DNA of 64,000 nucleotides, from assembly GCA_965644295.1 (NCBI GenBank), contig CBFFRP010000276.1, positions 1-64,000 of the forward strand. The letters run 5' to 3'. The notes under the pieces were generated by a model. It ran no database searches. It saw only the letters and a program-made list of their open reading frames with translations, and was not told where the DNA came from. Of this stretch, positions 38,192-52,609 are shown piece after piece. Position numbers and translations under genes: made by a program. This DNA comes from Paraphysomonas bandaiensis. Its lineage: Eukaryota > Protista > Chrysophyceae. Every line of letters starts with the position of its first letter. The first letter of the stretch is position 1.

Positions 38192-38699
38192 TGTGATTTA
38201 GTATATATTGTGAGACGAACTTTTTATTCTAACTTAATTCAAATATGTACTACCATAGGTGTCATTAAAGCTGCATAAGAACTAACTATGAATTCATTCA
38301 ATCAATTTAATTGACGCAGATTTCAGTGAACTCTAAAAGCAATTGAGCTAGACCCTCACTGTTCTGAGCAATAATGTTTCAATTTGATCAATTTGTCGAT
38401 GTTTATTTCTTTAGTGGAACGGATGTGATCATTTCAATGTAGTAAAATGTCGTAATCTTGCCAATATTACTGAAGAATATCAGCAGAATACAACAAGAGA
38501 ACATGCATAGAATAAAAGGTATTTTACTGATGAATGGGCTCAGTTCTCTCGTACGTCACGGATATTAGTAATAGCACATCAATATATTCTATTATTAAAC
38601 ATCACTAAAACTCGGAATATATCCTCAGATATAACATACGTAACTGCCGAAGTTATATATGAATAGCGAGTGCCGTTGGTATGGTACTCAAGGTAACTT

Positions 38700-39841
38700 C
38701 TACTTCATTAACTTCATTGCTGTTTCATAACCCAGAAATAACCCCGCATTGGCAGGGAAAGCTCTAACAACTGCCGATGACCAGCCTTTATAAAATCCTC
38801 TTATACCTTGTTCTCTGAAAATTGCATTCATTACACTAACGAAAGAAGCTGAGGTTGGAGATGTTTGTATTCTAGACTTTACAGAGTCAATAGGAAAAGT
38901 CACGCTCCACGCACATGCTCCTGCAAATCCTCCCGCAAGATATATCCCAAATGGATTCAACTTCACATCCTCATCTACTCTACCATTTTCTGCATAGCAA
39001 GTGTTAGAATATGAAAATAGTTATGTCAATAAAGCTAAAAAACAGATGAAGTACTACAGTTAAATATTCAGTGCATGTCTAACCGTTAGTGGAACAAAGG
39101 ACCCAACTTTTCGTGCTACATAGAAGTGTTGTCCACGCACTATATCCTCCAAAAAATATGAAAGTGAAAGGAACGTCTCGTCCTATCGTCGAGCTAAGAC
39201 CACGGAACAGTCCACGTATTCCTTCTTCTTTCATCACAGTTATAAGCGCCCTCCAAGGGGAACTTTCTGCAGTAATACGTATTAATGGTAAACAAAGCAA
39301 CATATAACGTATTACTTTTGTGGTTCACTTGTGTACGACATTTGATCATCTCTGCGGGGGTAATGCACTGCACAAGATTCATATCATCATAACTTATAAA
39401 CGACAATCAAATACTCACAGTAGCCGAAAACACACCAGATGCACCTCCCATTAAAGCATGTTCTTGAAACGTCAGTTTGTCAGCATCTTTTCCACTGTAT
39501 TCAGTATAAAATCTTCTAATAACACCATTGGCAGAAAACAGTACAGAATTTTCAATAAATGCACTACTAAGTGCAGGTGTAACACCTTTCCATAGGGCTA
39601 ATATACCCTCTTCTTTACATATTTTAGTAAAACAATCAATTGGACCCGAATAAAATGATGTTGTTGTATTATGTATAGGATTTTGTGTTTGTAAACGTAC
39701 TTTAATTACTACAAAAATAAGTAAAATTAGATTAATAATGTAATTTTATGTAGATTACATACCATCAAATGGGTTACCACTATATGCACAGCATATTGCA
39801 CCAATACCTCCTGCTATAGTTTCACGTATATCAATTGCCAT
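38700..39841 (-). CDS. Mitochondrial carrier (SLC25; ornithine/carnitine carrier-like)
   Basis: PFD|VIKVRLQTQ, PAEMIKCRTQ, PIDSVKSRIQ signature motifs; RAFPANA; multiple short introns. Confidence 0.92.
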
Positions 39842-40412
39842 GATCTTAATTGTATATACTTAATAAACTACTATATAAAGGGGACGATAGTGTGCCTTGT
39901 ATGATGTAATTGTCTCAACTCTACCATGCATTGCTTGCTTCATTGTCTCTTGACGTATCGGCAGTCAGCATCTTATTTTTCGGAAATAAATTGAAGCAGA
40001 AAGCTTCCATATTACTGCAATACAACTACGGCTGGAATACAGATAATTGTTGTCTCAATATTAGAGGCATCTTGGAACAAAAATATACGAAGGATGTCGA
40101 TAAGGACAGCTTGATAGTCATACGCAGCAATATATGGTCCTGTTTATATAAAATATGTCTATTTTTGGGGGTACTTTTCTTAAAAAAGTCTCGAACTTAA
40201 TTTCTTCATATCAAAACAAGGGATATTGTTGTCCTATTTCTCAAAAACTACAGATATTATACACTATAATTCTATAAAAGTACATTATATAGCAGTATAT
40301 AATGTCCAAACAGGGCATTTTAACAGTCATATCTACCTCCTTAAATCAACTCATGCTATTAACACCAATCATAGTACTGTATGAACCACTACCTCCTTAG
40401 TGGACAGCTGGT

Positions 40413-42492
40413 ATGAGATCATTTCATATCATAATACTTCTCAACTTTATCCAGTTGTCCACATCTATCAGTTATATTCGTTTAGGGAATGGATTTCATA
40501 AACGAACAGTAAAATTAGATTCTATAGTGAATATATCACAATTATCACTATCTAATCCAATATCAATCCTTTCATGGACTGTAGTTGATAAATACAGATT
40601 ACGTACACCTGTATTTAAAAGTAATGATTATGGATACACTGCTTTCTCTAAAAGTATTTTTGGTAATCGAAATTCAATGCAGTGTATTATAAAGCTATAT
40701 GGGATTGGTTTGAAGGCTTTCAATGATAACAATATGACATTACCCTATTACGGCAGAGCTAGTTTAAGTAGTATATTCACGGAGTCTCTACCATGTTCCT
40801 TTCTTACAAATGAAGGTTATGTCAGTGACAAAATGGTAAGCTCGACCGTGTAAAACAAACAATATACATTATAACATGAGGTAATGAAGGATGAACCAAA
40901 GACTCTAGCGGTTGTCTTTTACTGTCCGGTTCCGGAGTTGTACGGTAAAGTATGTTCGATGTTTCAAAATTATCCACACAATGTTATACGGGCTACTATA
41001 TCATTTGAAGAAAAGCTAAATAGTAGTTTTGCGGATTTGCGTCCTATTTACGCTCAATTACGCCCGCTGTCATCTCAATATAGGACTGCTGAGCAACGAA
41101 AACTCCTTGCGATGCAGTCAAGCGCCCATGCTGTATGTACTACCCAGATCTATCGCAATCCCTTATCTGGTGCACTTCTCTACCTTTTTGCTGCCTACCA
41201 CTTGCGTATGGGATGGACAGTGATAATATACGACCGTTATGGACAACATTTTCAACATATTCGATCATTATTGCACGATAATAATCTCAACTATCATCCG
41301 TACACTGTTTTCGAGCTCGCAATGAATAGCAGATATAACCGTCGGAGTATGCCGAAACCTCAGGTATTGTTAAACAGAGCACTACATGTGAATAACATGG
41401 GCTGCGTCACATGCGGGAACTGATCTTAACATGTATTTAATTAGAAACGAGTGGTAAATTATTTTGATCCTACGATCCATAACTCTGAACAGTCGAGAGC
41501 AAAGTACGGGAGCAGTTACTTACAGGTCAAATCGTGTTTGTACCACATCTCTAATGCCATAAGTGTTAATGATCAATTCTATTCATGACTTGCCTACTGT
41601 ATGGCTTGTCTACTGCAGTTTTGTTCTAAGGGAGTGTTCGCAGAGAACTGACTCAGAGAGCCAGGATTCAGACAAGCAAAAGACTTATGACTATGCCAGA
41701 ATAGAATACTCTCATTTGCTTTCGGTGATGTTTGTTGATTCCGATGAGTTATTGATATGTCCTGAAGCTACGGGTTCGATATCTGAGCAACGGGAGTTTC
41801 AACAGCAATATATGAACGGTGTAGTTGCAGAGGGTGTTACAGAAGACTTAAGAGTTTTACGACGGAACTATGACATGCATCCGAGTATAAAGCAACGATA
41901 TAAAGTCCCTAATAGAACGGCGAGCGATGACACGGCGTATTTGATTCAGTGCGCAAGGGAGGAATTCTCCAGGAAGGATATAGGAAGACTTTTGAGTTGC
42001 TGGGGTGCGCGGTAAGTTTCAAATTTGTTGGTCTGGTACATCGTCGTCAGTGAATGATGAAGATGATTATACTTGCTTCGTGTGTGGTTTTTTATTTAAC
42101 CATAGGTGTGTCTACGAAACACTACCCAAGAGTGCAGACATGTATTCAATTTGTCCTTTCCACTGGACACACGACTCATGCCGACTGAATGTATACTCCA
42201 AATTTAACAAGTACGGTTTTAGTACTACATGACATTAAGTGTTTTGAATTTTGTGACAGCTGTGCATGTAAAGAAGGAGTAATGCATGTCTATCCTGCAC
42301 GGCCCGGCGAGTAAGTAAATATATTGCAGGGACTTGTACCAATTTATTGATACTTTTATTCGTAGTTGTCATTTAATGCATCTGAATGCTCAAAAATATT
42401 GGAAATCAAGGGATGATATATGTGTTAATTTGGTTCAAAACATGACTTGGACAAGCACTAACCTGGCGGCGAATTTGTTTCTTTCGAAATAA
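40413..42492 (+). CDS. Secreted/Golgi glycosyltransferase-like protein (GT92/DUF23-like), multi-exon
   Basis: Signal-peptide-like N-terminus; AVCT..., 'AAYHLRMGWTVIIYD', 'MFVDSDELL' DxD motif. The exon model and 3' end are approximate. Confidence 0.6.
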
Positions 42493-43627
42493 TATATTGT
42501 ATGTGCGTACAGGGAACTGACTGCGATCTATGTGTGATATAGAAGTGCACAGCCTGGATAAAATACATTGCTAAGATATTTTGTTCACTGTGATGATATT
42601 TTAGGTATAAATTGTCTAATTATAGAACTCATAAATAATGGTGTTGAAATGTATATATATATAAGATTGCGACTTGCAATTCCTTTATTATAGCTACAGC
42701 GAATGTAAATATAAGGCGATCTAGTATTGCATAGTTTTATTGATAAGCTAAGTATAAACAATAATCACTGATCAGAAAGTATAGAAGTCACATTTTGTGC
42801 ATGGATATCCAGCATTTGTACGATACACATATACTACGACGAAATAAAATACGTAACGCAAAGTCAGCTCATGAGCCGACATCACCTTTGAATTTTAATA
42901 TATCGCGTTTTGTTTAGGATTTGTATCGAGCCGAAGGGTTTGGGGAAATGATCATGAAGTTATATTTTAAGACCAGTGTGAGTACACAGCGTCAATCACT
43001 ACAACTAAATTTCTAAATTTCTACCACTGCATAGTAAACAATGGCTAGTTAAGACCTTAAAACAAATGTTCATTATACCATATACTCAATAGGCCATTGA
43101 GACCATCAAGCAGTGCATCTTGGATATCAATATCTTTGCTTCATTGGAATGGCTGTGCAAGTATGGTGCAAGAGTACTTGGCTGTTACAGAATACGCATT
43201 GGAATACACCCCACATATATACGACCTTATCCAATTATTATCTGTGAAATAAATATGATTGGCTGGTTACTCAATTATCTGTGTTGTTGTATCTATGTAC
43301 ATATTACACATACATACATACACACATACAGGAGTGCATGTACCATAACTCTAGTATATATATGCACCTTAATGAGGAACTATGCAGACAGCAGTACATA
43401 ACAATGACTTCTTTATTACTATTATACAATCATAATATGAATATCAACTTATAGTACTATCTATTATATCATTCATATATAGAACTATAGTAATGTTGCA
43501 TGAACAGATCCATAGCAACACTTGGGTCATAGGTGTCACCTATACAGTCAGGTCAGTGAAGATAAACATATATATCAAACAAAATTATAGTGTTTATTAC
43601 TTTATTGAATAGATATAAACAGAAAAT

Positions 43628-45710
43628 ATGCAAAGAATAAGCAGGTTAGTTGACTGTTATGAATGTTTGCTATTCTAATATGAATACCAGTGTACATAAT
43701 GGTGAATCGGGTTATCAATCTTGTTCAAAATCTACTATAAAGAATAATTCTGTTGGACCTAATGTATATTTTGATGATCCAGATGATGATGCTGCTTCAT
43801 ATTGTATGCCCTCGCCTACGTCTTGGATATGCGAATCACTTCATTATGGACTCTCCCCAAGTCATAAAATCATGCTAAAAGGTGCTAATACACACAATCG
43901 AACTTCAAGTGGCTTAACATCGCTGGAGTCACCTGGAATACAAGAGGATACCCGTTCGGAGCATAGTACACATTCGAATAGGACACATAGTACCCAGCAC
44001 AGCAAGCATACTGACACAACCAATCGCTGCGGGATCCCACTTAGCGAGCGATTCGACTACCCCCCTACATGTACTCAACAGCCTCGTCATGTGAAGGAAT
44101 CTCTAGATTGTAACATGTCGGGGTCAGTGCAAAGTGTTTCAAGTGCTCGCTTAGTGGCTCCCAATGTTGATAGGCTCTCCCTGGGTTCTGTTGTTGAAGT
44201 ATTGCTACAGGTACCTATGATGTGAATATTTTGCCGTGTATAACAAAATAGTTCCTGTTTTTACTTTTATTTACCAGGCGGGGACTGACAGCGTCGCGAT
44301 CCTCTGCTCAGTTGACGTATTAAAAATGCGGTCATTGTATTTCCAGAATATTCTCGTTTCTCAGGAAGAGGAGAGACTGTCAAAGCATAGTGACCAAGTT
44401 TGGAGACGATCAATTGTAATGCAGGTAGTGTTTTGATTCTTCACAGCCGCTTCTTTACATATGTATATGTATAGGAATCTTCACCTTATGAAGCAGCTGC
44501 TTTTTTGGAGTCACTGCACGAAGGAAAGCCTGTGTTTAGTGAGGAGTGGAACGCATGTTGGGCGAGATTAAGGTCAAATCAAAATTAAGATTTTTACTTT
44601 AAAATGTCTAATGCATGTTGGAGTACACTAACTATCATTATTGTCATATTATTTACTTTTGTCATTTGTCGCTGATTTGTTTTGTATCCAGCGTAATATG
44701 GCAAATTGAGGAAATCATTAAAGAGTATGCGCAGCAGATCTATGAACATACTCAACGACTTTTCTCTATCGCACAGACCAAGCACTGGCGTACTAACCCT
44801 GATGTATTCGTGGGTATGCGTATTGCAGTATTTCGTAAAGGACGGTCCCCTGTTCCAACTGTACTCACAGGGTGAGAAACGTGTGATGAGTTATATTCGT
44901 AAACTAAGCAAATGTTAGATACGTTGTGCAGTCGTCATCATCTACTCCCTATTCTCGAGTCCGCGTATCGTTTGAGATCGAACATTTCGGAAGTAAGCAC
45001 AACCATACACTAGATGACAGTGCCGTCAGTCCGTCCGGATCGGTTCGAAGTCTCTCACCCACTCAAAATATTACCGTAGTTTCATCGCGAGGGGTATTCA
45101 CCCCTGATCGTAGAAGATCTATACAGGGCCGTAGCAGTGGGGGTACTCCTATCTGCAAACAAACGGATGTTCTTGTACCTCCCGATAGGATTATATCATC
45201 CAAACCAAGGGTTGCGAAACTTCAATCCCTGGGAAAATATGTTGGACGTGATACTCCCTCGAAGGACTGTTTCCAGGACAACGCTTCAACTAACCGTTCA
45301 CCAGGACAATACTCGGACTCGGATGATGGATCTGTTTCCAATTACAAAGGCACAAAAGAATGCACCTCTCCTTTAATTGGAGAAATATCAGAGCCGTTTT
45401 GGATTCAGGAAAGCGATGGTGCACAATGGATGGAGCCGGACGAGATGTGTGCTGCTAATATTGAGAAAGTTGTAACTTCTGAAGACCGCAGAGTATTGTG
45501 GGAGATGATCGCAAGCCTAATGGAATACTCCGAGCTATCTAATCCGTCTGCTATTTGTACTAGGAAACCGTTTGCAATAGTTCTACGTTCTGCATTGGAT
45601 GTCGCTGAGGCTTTCAAGCGCAAAGAGTTTCGCTCCTTGTGGTCAGTTGAGGCAGCTGATGTAATTCCATCACAGGCATCAGCTGAGCTTCTCAGAGGAG
45701 CCTACGTGTG
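43628..45710 (+). CDS. Hypothetical protein with possible BTB/POZ-like segment and Ser-rich regions
   Basis: Spliced ORFs with 'VDVLKMRSLYFQNIL...ESSPYEAAAFLESLH'. Start and exon ends uncertain. Confidence 0.55.
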
Positions 45711-46633
45711 ATCCTTAAATCGATGGCTAGTGATATTTCAATCCCTAAAACTGATACAGTACAGCTGCAAATTTTTGGTATTGTTGATGGCTCATTAATC
45801 TCGAAACTAGATTCTTTAAGATATTTTTATGCGACACTTGTTTTAACACGCTTACTATTTGTAATGGTTGTACCAGTCGTAACAAGTAAATGTTCACAAA
45901 GTAATAAGTGAAAAAATATATGCATGCGGTATTCACTATTTAATAGAGTAACTGACTATTCAATACCAGGTCTATTTATAAATTTCACTTGCTCTCTCAC
46001 GAAGGTTGCGTAACAATTGGTTTAAAAAACAATAAATCATTATCGGTAAATGTTATCAATGAAATATATAGATAGTATCTTAAGCTGTATTGCTACAGAT
46101 CATAGGTACAAACTCATTATTGTTAGCATGGAAGAACTTGGATGAATGTGCACTGCGCACATTTATTGTAATTGTGTGAGCTGACAGAATAGGGTTAGTA
46201 TACACTGTAACATTGTCACGCTACAGCACGTCAAAGATTATTGACAATTAACACACTGAGAGCCCTCACAGTGCCTTTCCTCATACATATCATAAGCTGC
46301 GAAGTAATTATTTCGCAAATCTGGCTCTCACGGCATGTTATTAAAATCAGTGGCTAAAGCTTAATTGAGAATCAACACATAACATTGAGTGCTCAAATAA
46401 TAACTAAAGCAACGCAGTTTTATCTATAAGAGTGGCTGATGCACACAGTAATTACGCTAGTGTAGTAGGGGAGACTTTGCACTCAGTCATAACACCCTTA
46501 TAGTAAATTAAGTATAGAAACTACTCTACTTGTCCATTATCCTGCTTCATAGACTATTCCTTTTTAACAGATGTGTGTTGTATTACGTTAATGAATCATT
46601 CGTGACTAATTCAGGTGAAATAGTTAGTTACGT

Positions 46634-47266
46634 TTAAAGAATGATACCCTCGTATTTCTGCTGGAACCAGTTCATGGAATCTTGCTTGGTCACTTTGTGT
46701 CCACGGCCAACCTTGGCAGGCTTGCACTTGCGGCGAGACACTCTGTATCCAGGCCTAATAAGGATGACAAAGAAGTCCATACCGAAAATTCCAGTTGAGG
46801 GATCGTACTTAAGGCCAAGATCAATGTGCTCATTGATACCAAATCCGAAGCATCCAGTGTCACAGAAGTTAACCTTCTTGAGCTCGTACTCCTTAACCTT
46901 AAGGGCACGGTCAAGGATTTCCTGGGCCTTGAAACCACGGACCTATATAGATACAATCACTACAGTGTCATATTAGTGTCTTCTGTCAACTTACAGTCAC
47001 ATGCACAGAAATCTTCTCGTTTCTTCGAATACCAAAAGAACGAACAGTGTAACGGGCTAAAATAATTATTAAAAATTAGATTAAATAATATATTTATTAT
47101 TGTTGATATTACCCTTAGAGTAGACTGGCTTCTTATCAGTCAACTGCTCCAAAACTTTAGCAGCTCTGGTCAAACGATCACCAGATTCACCAACACAGCA
47201 ATTGATAACAAGTTTATCAATCTTCAGCTGACGCATAACATTTGTACTCTTATCTTTGTCGGCCAT
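46634..47266 (-). CDS. RPL11: 60S ribosomal protein L11 (uL5)
   Basis: [47 protein letters not shown]; two introns. Confidence 0.97.
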
Positions 47267-49834
47267 GATTACACTATATCACCTGATTGTAATAATAACA
47301 CAACTGTTGGATGTATGTATGTATGTACCTCGTATGTTATGGATGCCTTGTTTTGAAGGAGTATATTTTCACAGCCACAAGAGCAGTAGTGAGTATAAGT
47401 ATAGTAAGAGAGTATCTTGAAGAGATTGTTTTCAGTTTCGATATTTATGTTATGGTGTAGAAATAGGATGAATTTATAGCCAATGAATTAGAAATCATTT
47501 GTAGAGAAGGAACCAAGTTATTTTTGTACTAGTAGATGAGAGCGACATATACATGTACAGTGCGTGTATATATAGGAGTAGGAATTCCTATATATAGGAT
47601 GCATATGCCATCTACATACAGATATGTTGCAGTGGATACAGAGGAGCTGTTGCTTACATGAATCTTATGATGCATTCATCAGGCCATTAAGGTACAACGA
47701 AGTAAGTACTATACAATACAGAGATATGTTGTATTTATGGAATATATCCGTCTTGGTGTCACAGTGATATACGTGGTATGATTAAATGCAAACTATAAAA
47801 TCGGAGTGTGGCATGCTACAGCTGGGCGTATAATAAAGAAGTGGCCATATGTTCACGTGATCTGAGCTCGATGAAAAGTTGTAACGATATCAAATAGTGC
47901 AGCGCTAAAGCTGTGCTATAGTTGTAATGGCAACTGTCGAGTACCAATATAGATCTCACCACTTTACTGCTGCTGCACAGAAGGGTATTTGGCACTGTCA
48001 TTGTGCATAGTCGTTTACATTGCGGTTACAGTTTTATCGTATCGAAATGGCTATCTTTTTATTACGTGGTGAAGTATTCAGAACAGTAGTCTGTTCTATT
48101 CCTATGGAGATGTTATTGCATTCGTATTCCGTCTGAACATACTATAAATGACAGGCGTCATAATCGCATCGAACTCCGCCGTATTTAAATGTCTCTCGAT
48201 GAAGTCACTGTAGATTATATTAAAGCACAGCTTTTTTAATAATATCCATCAAACCAGCTTATATATCTCTAGCCTCAATTTCGTTTGCAATTCCAACGGG
48301 ATTTTTGTGAAATACCAGTGAAAGAGTGGTATCTGTGGAGTTCGAAACAGATATCGAATATAGTAATCAAATTCAGATATATGTGTTAGCAGGGACAGTC
48401 AACAATATATTGCAATATAATGTAATCCAATATTTTTTGACTAGCCCTGTGTGTTAGTGACTACAAGTTAACATTTCGCAAGTTCTACTTCAGAATAGAT
48501 GAACTTTTTAACACTGTAATCCAGTCTATAGTATTTATGTTAGTGTTGTTCAGTGTTGTAGCATAGCAAAATATTTTCAAGTGGTTTAGCTTTCAACTCC
48601 ACATATAAGACCTACACAATATACAGAATACAGAAGTAATTTACATGTTTATACAAACTACGAACTATTTCTTCAAACTATTCACTATCATTAGTTATAT
48701 TTCTATGTGTTAAGAACTAGCTCTGAATGCATATCTAAAGTGTAAAAATTCCACATCGTTTCGTTGATTGAATACTATAGTTTGGCCTACTGCACTTCCA
48801 TAGAACACAGAATATCATAATACAATCGTGGCTATTTTGCTCTACTGTCATCTAGTTGTCATGTATATGAGTCTCTTTAGCTTGCAGTTATTGCCTCTAT
48901 AGACACTATATTACACGGAGATGAAGCATACACCAGGGGCGCTATACGAAATACTGAATATCACCTAGATACTTCACACTTGTATAACTTACAGAACTAG
49001 GAGTGCATACATTAATGGTTCGCGTACAACAAAATGATCTGGTCTAATAATTTACATTAACCGGTTACTGGAGTGAAACGTAAAGTATAAATATTCACTA
49101 GTGGTATAATATGCAGCGTGATAGAATACAAGAACCATTATTTCGCCATCGTGACAAACACGGTGTTGCTCAGTCGATTAGTTCCGGTAAGTACATAATG
49201 CCCAATAGGCGCTTTGATCCCACAACTGGCACAGTTACCATTGGTTGCAATCTTCAGTAACCTCGACGCATAGGCTCTTGTCTTGGACGTACACGATTCG
49301 TCCATGCATTTAGCCATCAGCTAGCATTGCAATGTTTAGACATATATATCCGTGATGATGATATCCTTATAAATATCTTATGGATATAGTTTACAAAATC
49401 TTGGATTTGAAGGATATAAAAACGGATATATTTGTCGAAAATTGGAATTTTGAAATTTCTCTCGTCCACGAAAACTTGATGTCAGTACGACATGAATTGA
49501 ATCTCAGATTCGTTCGTACTTATGAAGGGAAAATATTCAATTTACTCCCTTTTTTCTACAATATTCATCCAAAACCAACCCTTTTTATACATAATTTTCC
49601 CTTCATTATCAAAAGAATGAACTGAATTTCTGTTTAAGATACTATATAAAAGTATTTTTTTATAGTAATTCTAGAATAGGTGCGTTAGAGACCACTAAAA
49701 TATTATCTCTATATGTATCCGTATATTGGAGGGTGTTGGAGTTGATGGTTCGCATATGTCCTCATCTCATACCATACTTAACTATACTATAGAATTATAG
49801 AATAGAATTCATTAGTATTTATTAATTATTAACA

Positions 49835-51178
49835 ATGTTTTTTGGTGGTGATCCTTTTGAACATTTTGGTGGTGGTATGCCAGGTGGTATGCCTGGTATG
49901 GGAGGTAGATCAGGCCCTGTGGACAATGAAGGCTTATATAAGGCTCTTGGGGTGTCTAAAGATGCAGATGAGAGTGAAATCAAACGAGCTTATAAGAAAT
50001 TAGCCCTTAAACATCATCCTGATAAAGGAGGTGATGTTGAGAAGGTATTTATATGAGTATATATATATATATGTATCTAATGGATACATATGATATCATC
50101 CGTATAGTTTAAAGAGATCAGTTCAGCTGCTGAAATATTATGTGATCCTCAAAAAAGAGCTCAGTATGACAAGTATGGACTTGAAGGATTAGAGGGTCAA
50201 GGTGGTGATGGTCATTCTGCTGAGGATATTTTCTCTATGTTCTTTGGAGGTGGAGGTGGTCGTCGTCGTGGACCTCAAGGCCCACAGAAAGGGGAAGACA
50301 TTGTTCACCCTATTAAGGCTTCTCTAGATGATTTATATAATGGTAAGACTACCCGTCTAGCTATAAACCGCAACAAGCTCTGCGAGGACTGTGAAGGAAG
50401 AGGCGGAAAGGTTGGGTGTGAGCGCGATTGTTCGGACTGTAATGGACGAGGTGTGCGTGTTCAACTTCGCCAAATCGGCCCGGGTATGGTACAACAGATT
50501 CAATCTGCTTGTCCTACCTGCAAGGGCTCATGCAAAATCATTGACGAGAAAGACAAATGTCGCTCATGCAAGGGTAAGAAGACCTACAAGGACAGGAAAG
50601 TATTGGAGGTTAATATTGAGAAGGGCATGAAGAATGGCCAGAAAATTCGTTTTTCTGGGGAGGCCGACGAGCTACCTGGTACCATTGCGGGTGATGTCAT
50701 TTTTGTAATCCAAGAAAAGGAACATGATACTTTTAAACGTAAGGGGTCTGATTTGGTAACCACTATCGATCTCGAATTGACCGAGGCCCTATGTGGATTT
50801 ACCAAGACCATAACCCATATGGACGGAAGAGTTCTTCGCATCGACTCTCCTGCAGGAAAAGTTATCAAACCAGACTCGGTACATATGATAAACGGTGAGG
50901 GTATGCCTTATCATGGTAACCCATTTACCAAGGGGCGTTTGTTTTGCCTCTTCCGCGTTAAGTTCCCTGCTACTTTCCCCAAGAAAACAGTGGAAGCACT
51001 GAGTGCTTGTCTTCCTGCGGCCGAGGAGCCCATGCTCTCTGGAGAGGAAGAGGAGTGCAATATGACAGAAGTAGATATTAGTCAGTTCGGACAGGGCAAT
51101 GATCGGATGCAGGAGACATACGAGGAAGATGAGGACGACGCGAGAGGAGGTCAGCGCGTTCAGTGCCAGAACATGTAA
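49835..51178 (+). CDS. DNAJA: Type I Hsp40 / DnaJA co-chaperone with C-terminal CaaX (CQNM)
   Basis: J-domain HHPDKGG, G/F-rich region, four CxxCxGxG-type repeats; intron 50045-50107. Confidence 0.96.
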
Positions 51179-51857
51179 GAGCTATACATATTCGACAGGC
51201 AAGTGACAGCAGTAGTGCGTTGTAGATGTATTGGTTTGTCTAGTCTAGTCTGTCTGTAGCTCGCTTTTCTTGCCCTTGTTAAGTTTACGCGGCGCATATA
51301 TGGCTCCGAAATGGGAGTGAGCTGAACTTATATGTTCTCATTGACGCAACTGTGTTTCCTGGTAGAGATTTTAAATGAATGATGATAGCAAAACACTTCA
51401 TTATAATAAAATATGCATTTGGTTCTTAAGTCTGATTTCCTTTTATCGGTGCAGCTAGGTAGTAGTTATAGCTTTAGATACTGCAGCATTCAGCACTTCT
51501 TAGAAGCGGTGGGCAGGCTCTGTGCTTCTGCAAAGTGGACAGTAAATTATATGCACAAAGTGCAATATATGATATAGGTGTATGTCGTAGCTGTGAGCTA
51601 TAATGGAGGAATTGTAGATATACAGCTATATTTTTATACTTGTAAGTACAGCCATCGTGAATTTGATTTATAGTATTAAGTATTATATTATGTTTATTAA
51701 ATATTAATGGTTAATGGTAACATTAAATACAAGCACGTCGTAAAATAGAGGTTCTATATTTGGGCCCGCTACTGAAAGTCGACCTCGCTGCTTTAGTGCT
51801 AATATCTACGCTTGTATTCTGTGGATACTAATCAATATATGTTCAATTTTTTTACTT

Positions 51858-52609
51858 TATCTTTTTATGCTGCTTCTATCGTTGAAGAAAAGTTCAGCCT
51901 TTATTAGACTACATACCTTATTATTAAAATTGTGGATTGTCTCATAAATTAAATTTACCCTTTTGAAAATACGTATTCCAACAATGTCAAGTATTGATAT
52001 CATACATTTTCAACTACTTCATGATGTATACTTTCCACCTATACACACGGGAACATATCACCGTCCCGCATGAAACCTTCAGGCCCTAGACAACGACGCC
52101 GTCTCCGGCAATTCTACCTATGCCTGAGGCCCAAACGGTGCACTGAGACAACGCCACACCACCCACCTCTCAGCACACACATCTAGCACTCGGTACACTC
52201 AGGACCTTAATACAGAACCCTGTACCTCAGAGCCTGGTAGAATCTCATCCCCTGATAACACGCGCCAGTAAGTCCTAGAACACACGATCATGGCGAACCT
52301 CGCAATTAACATCAAGAACGGAAGTGGTCGCACCTTGGTGCTTGCGGCGACACACAAGCAGCTTCTGTAGCGCTAAATAGTAGAATAATAGAATTTGTAC
52401 TGATTAGTTACGGGTAGAGGTCTAAATAGTATGTCTAGCATTCACCTAGCCACTACATTGGTGCAGGTTTTTAACGCCTATAACATCGACTTATTGCTAA
52501 ATAATAAGACTCTCAATATATCTTTTTATGCTGCTTCGATCGTTGAAGAAAGGTTCAGTCTTTATTAGACTACATACCTTATTTTTTAAAATTGTGGATA
52601 TTGTCTCAT
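51858..52609. repeat. ~90-bp direct repeats (51858-51945 and 52519-52609) flanking a LINE fragment
   Basis: tatctttttatgctgcttc...ttattagactacataccttatt...attgtgga.ttgtctcat occurs twice. Confidence 0.9.
52040..52517 (+). mobile_element. 5'-truncated non-LTR retrotransposon fragment (putative autonomous partner of the SINE family)
   Basis: GC-rich coding-like body ending HTIMANLAINIKNGSGRTLVLAATHKQLL*. From ~52315 it matches the 3' ~190 nt of copy C, ending taataagactctcaat. Left boundary approximate. Confidence 0.65.

Noticed and set aside
49665-49812. Heat-shock elements upstream of DnaJA (ttctagaa, gaatagaattc)
   Set aside because: Only two-unit nGAAn matches in very AT-rich DNA, not distinguishable from chance.
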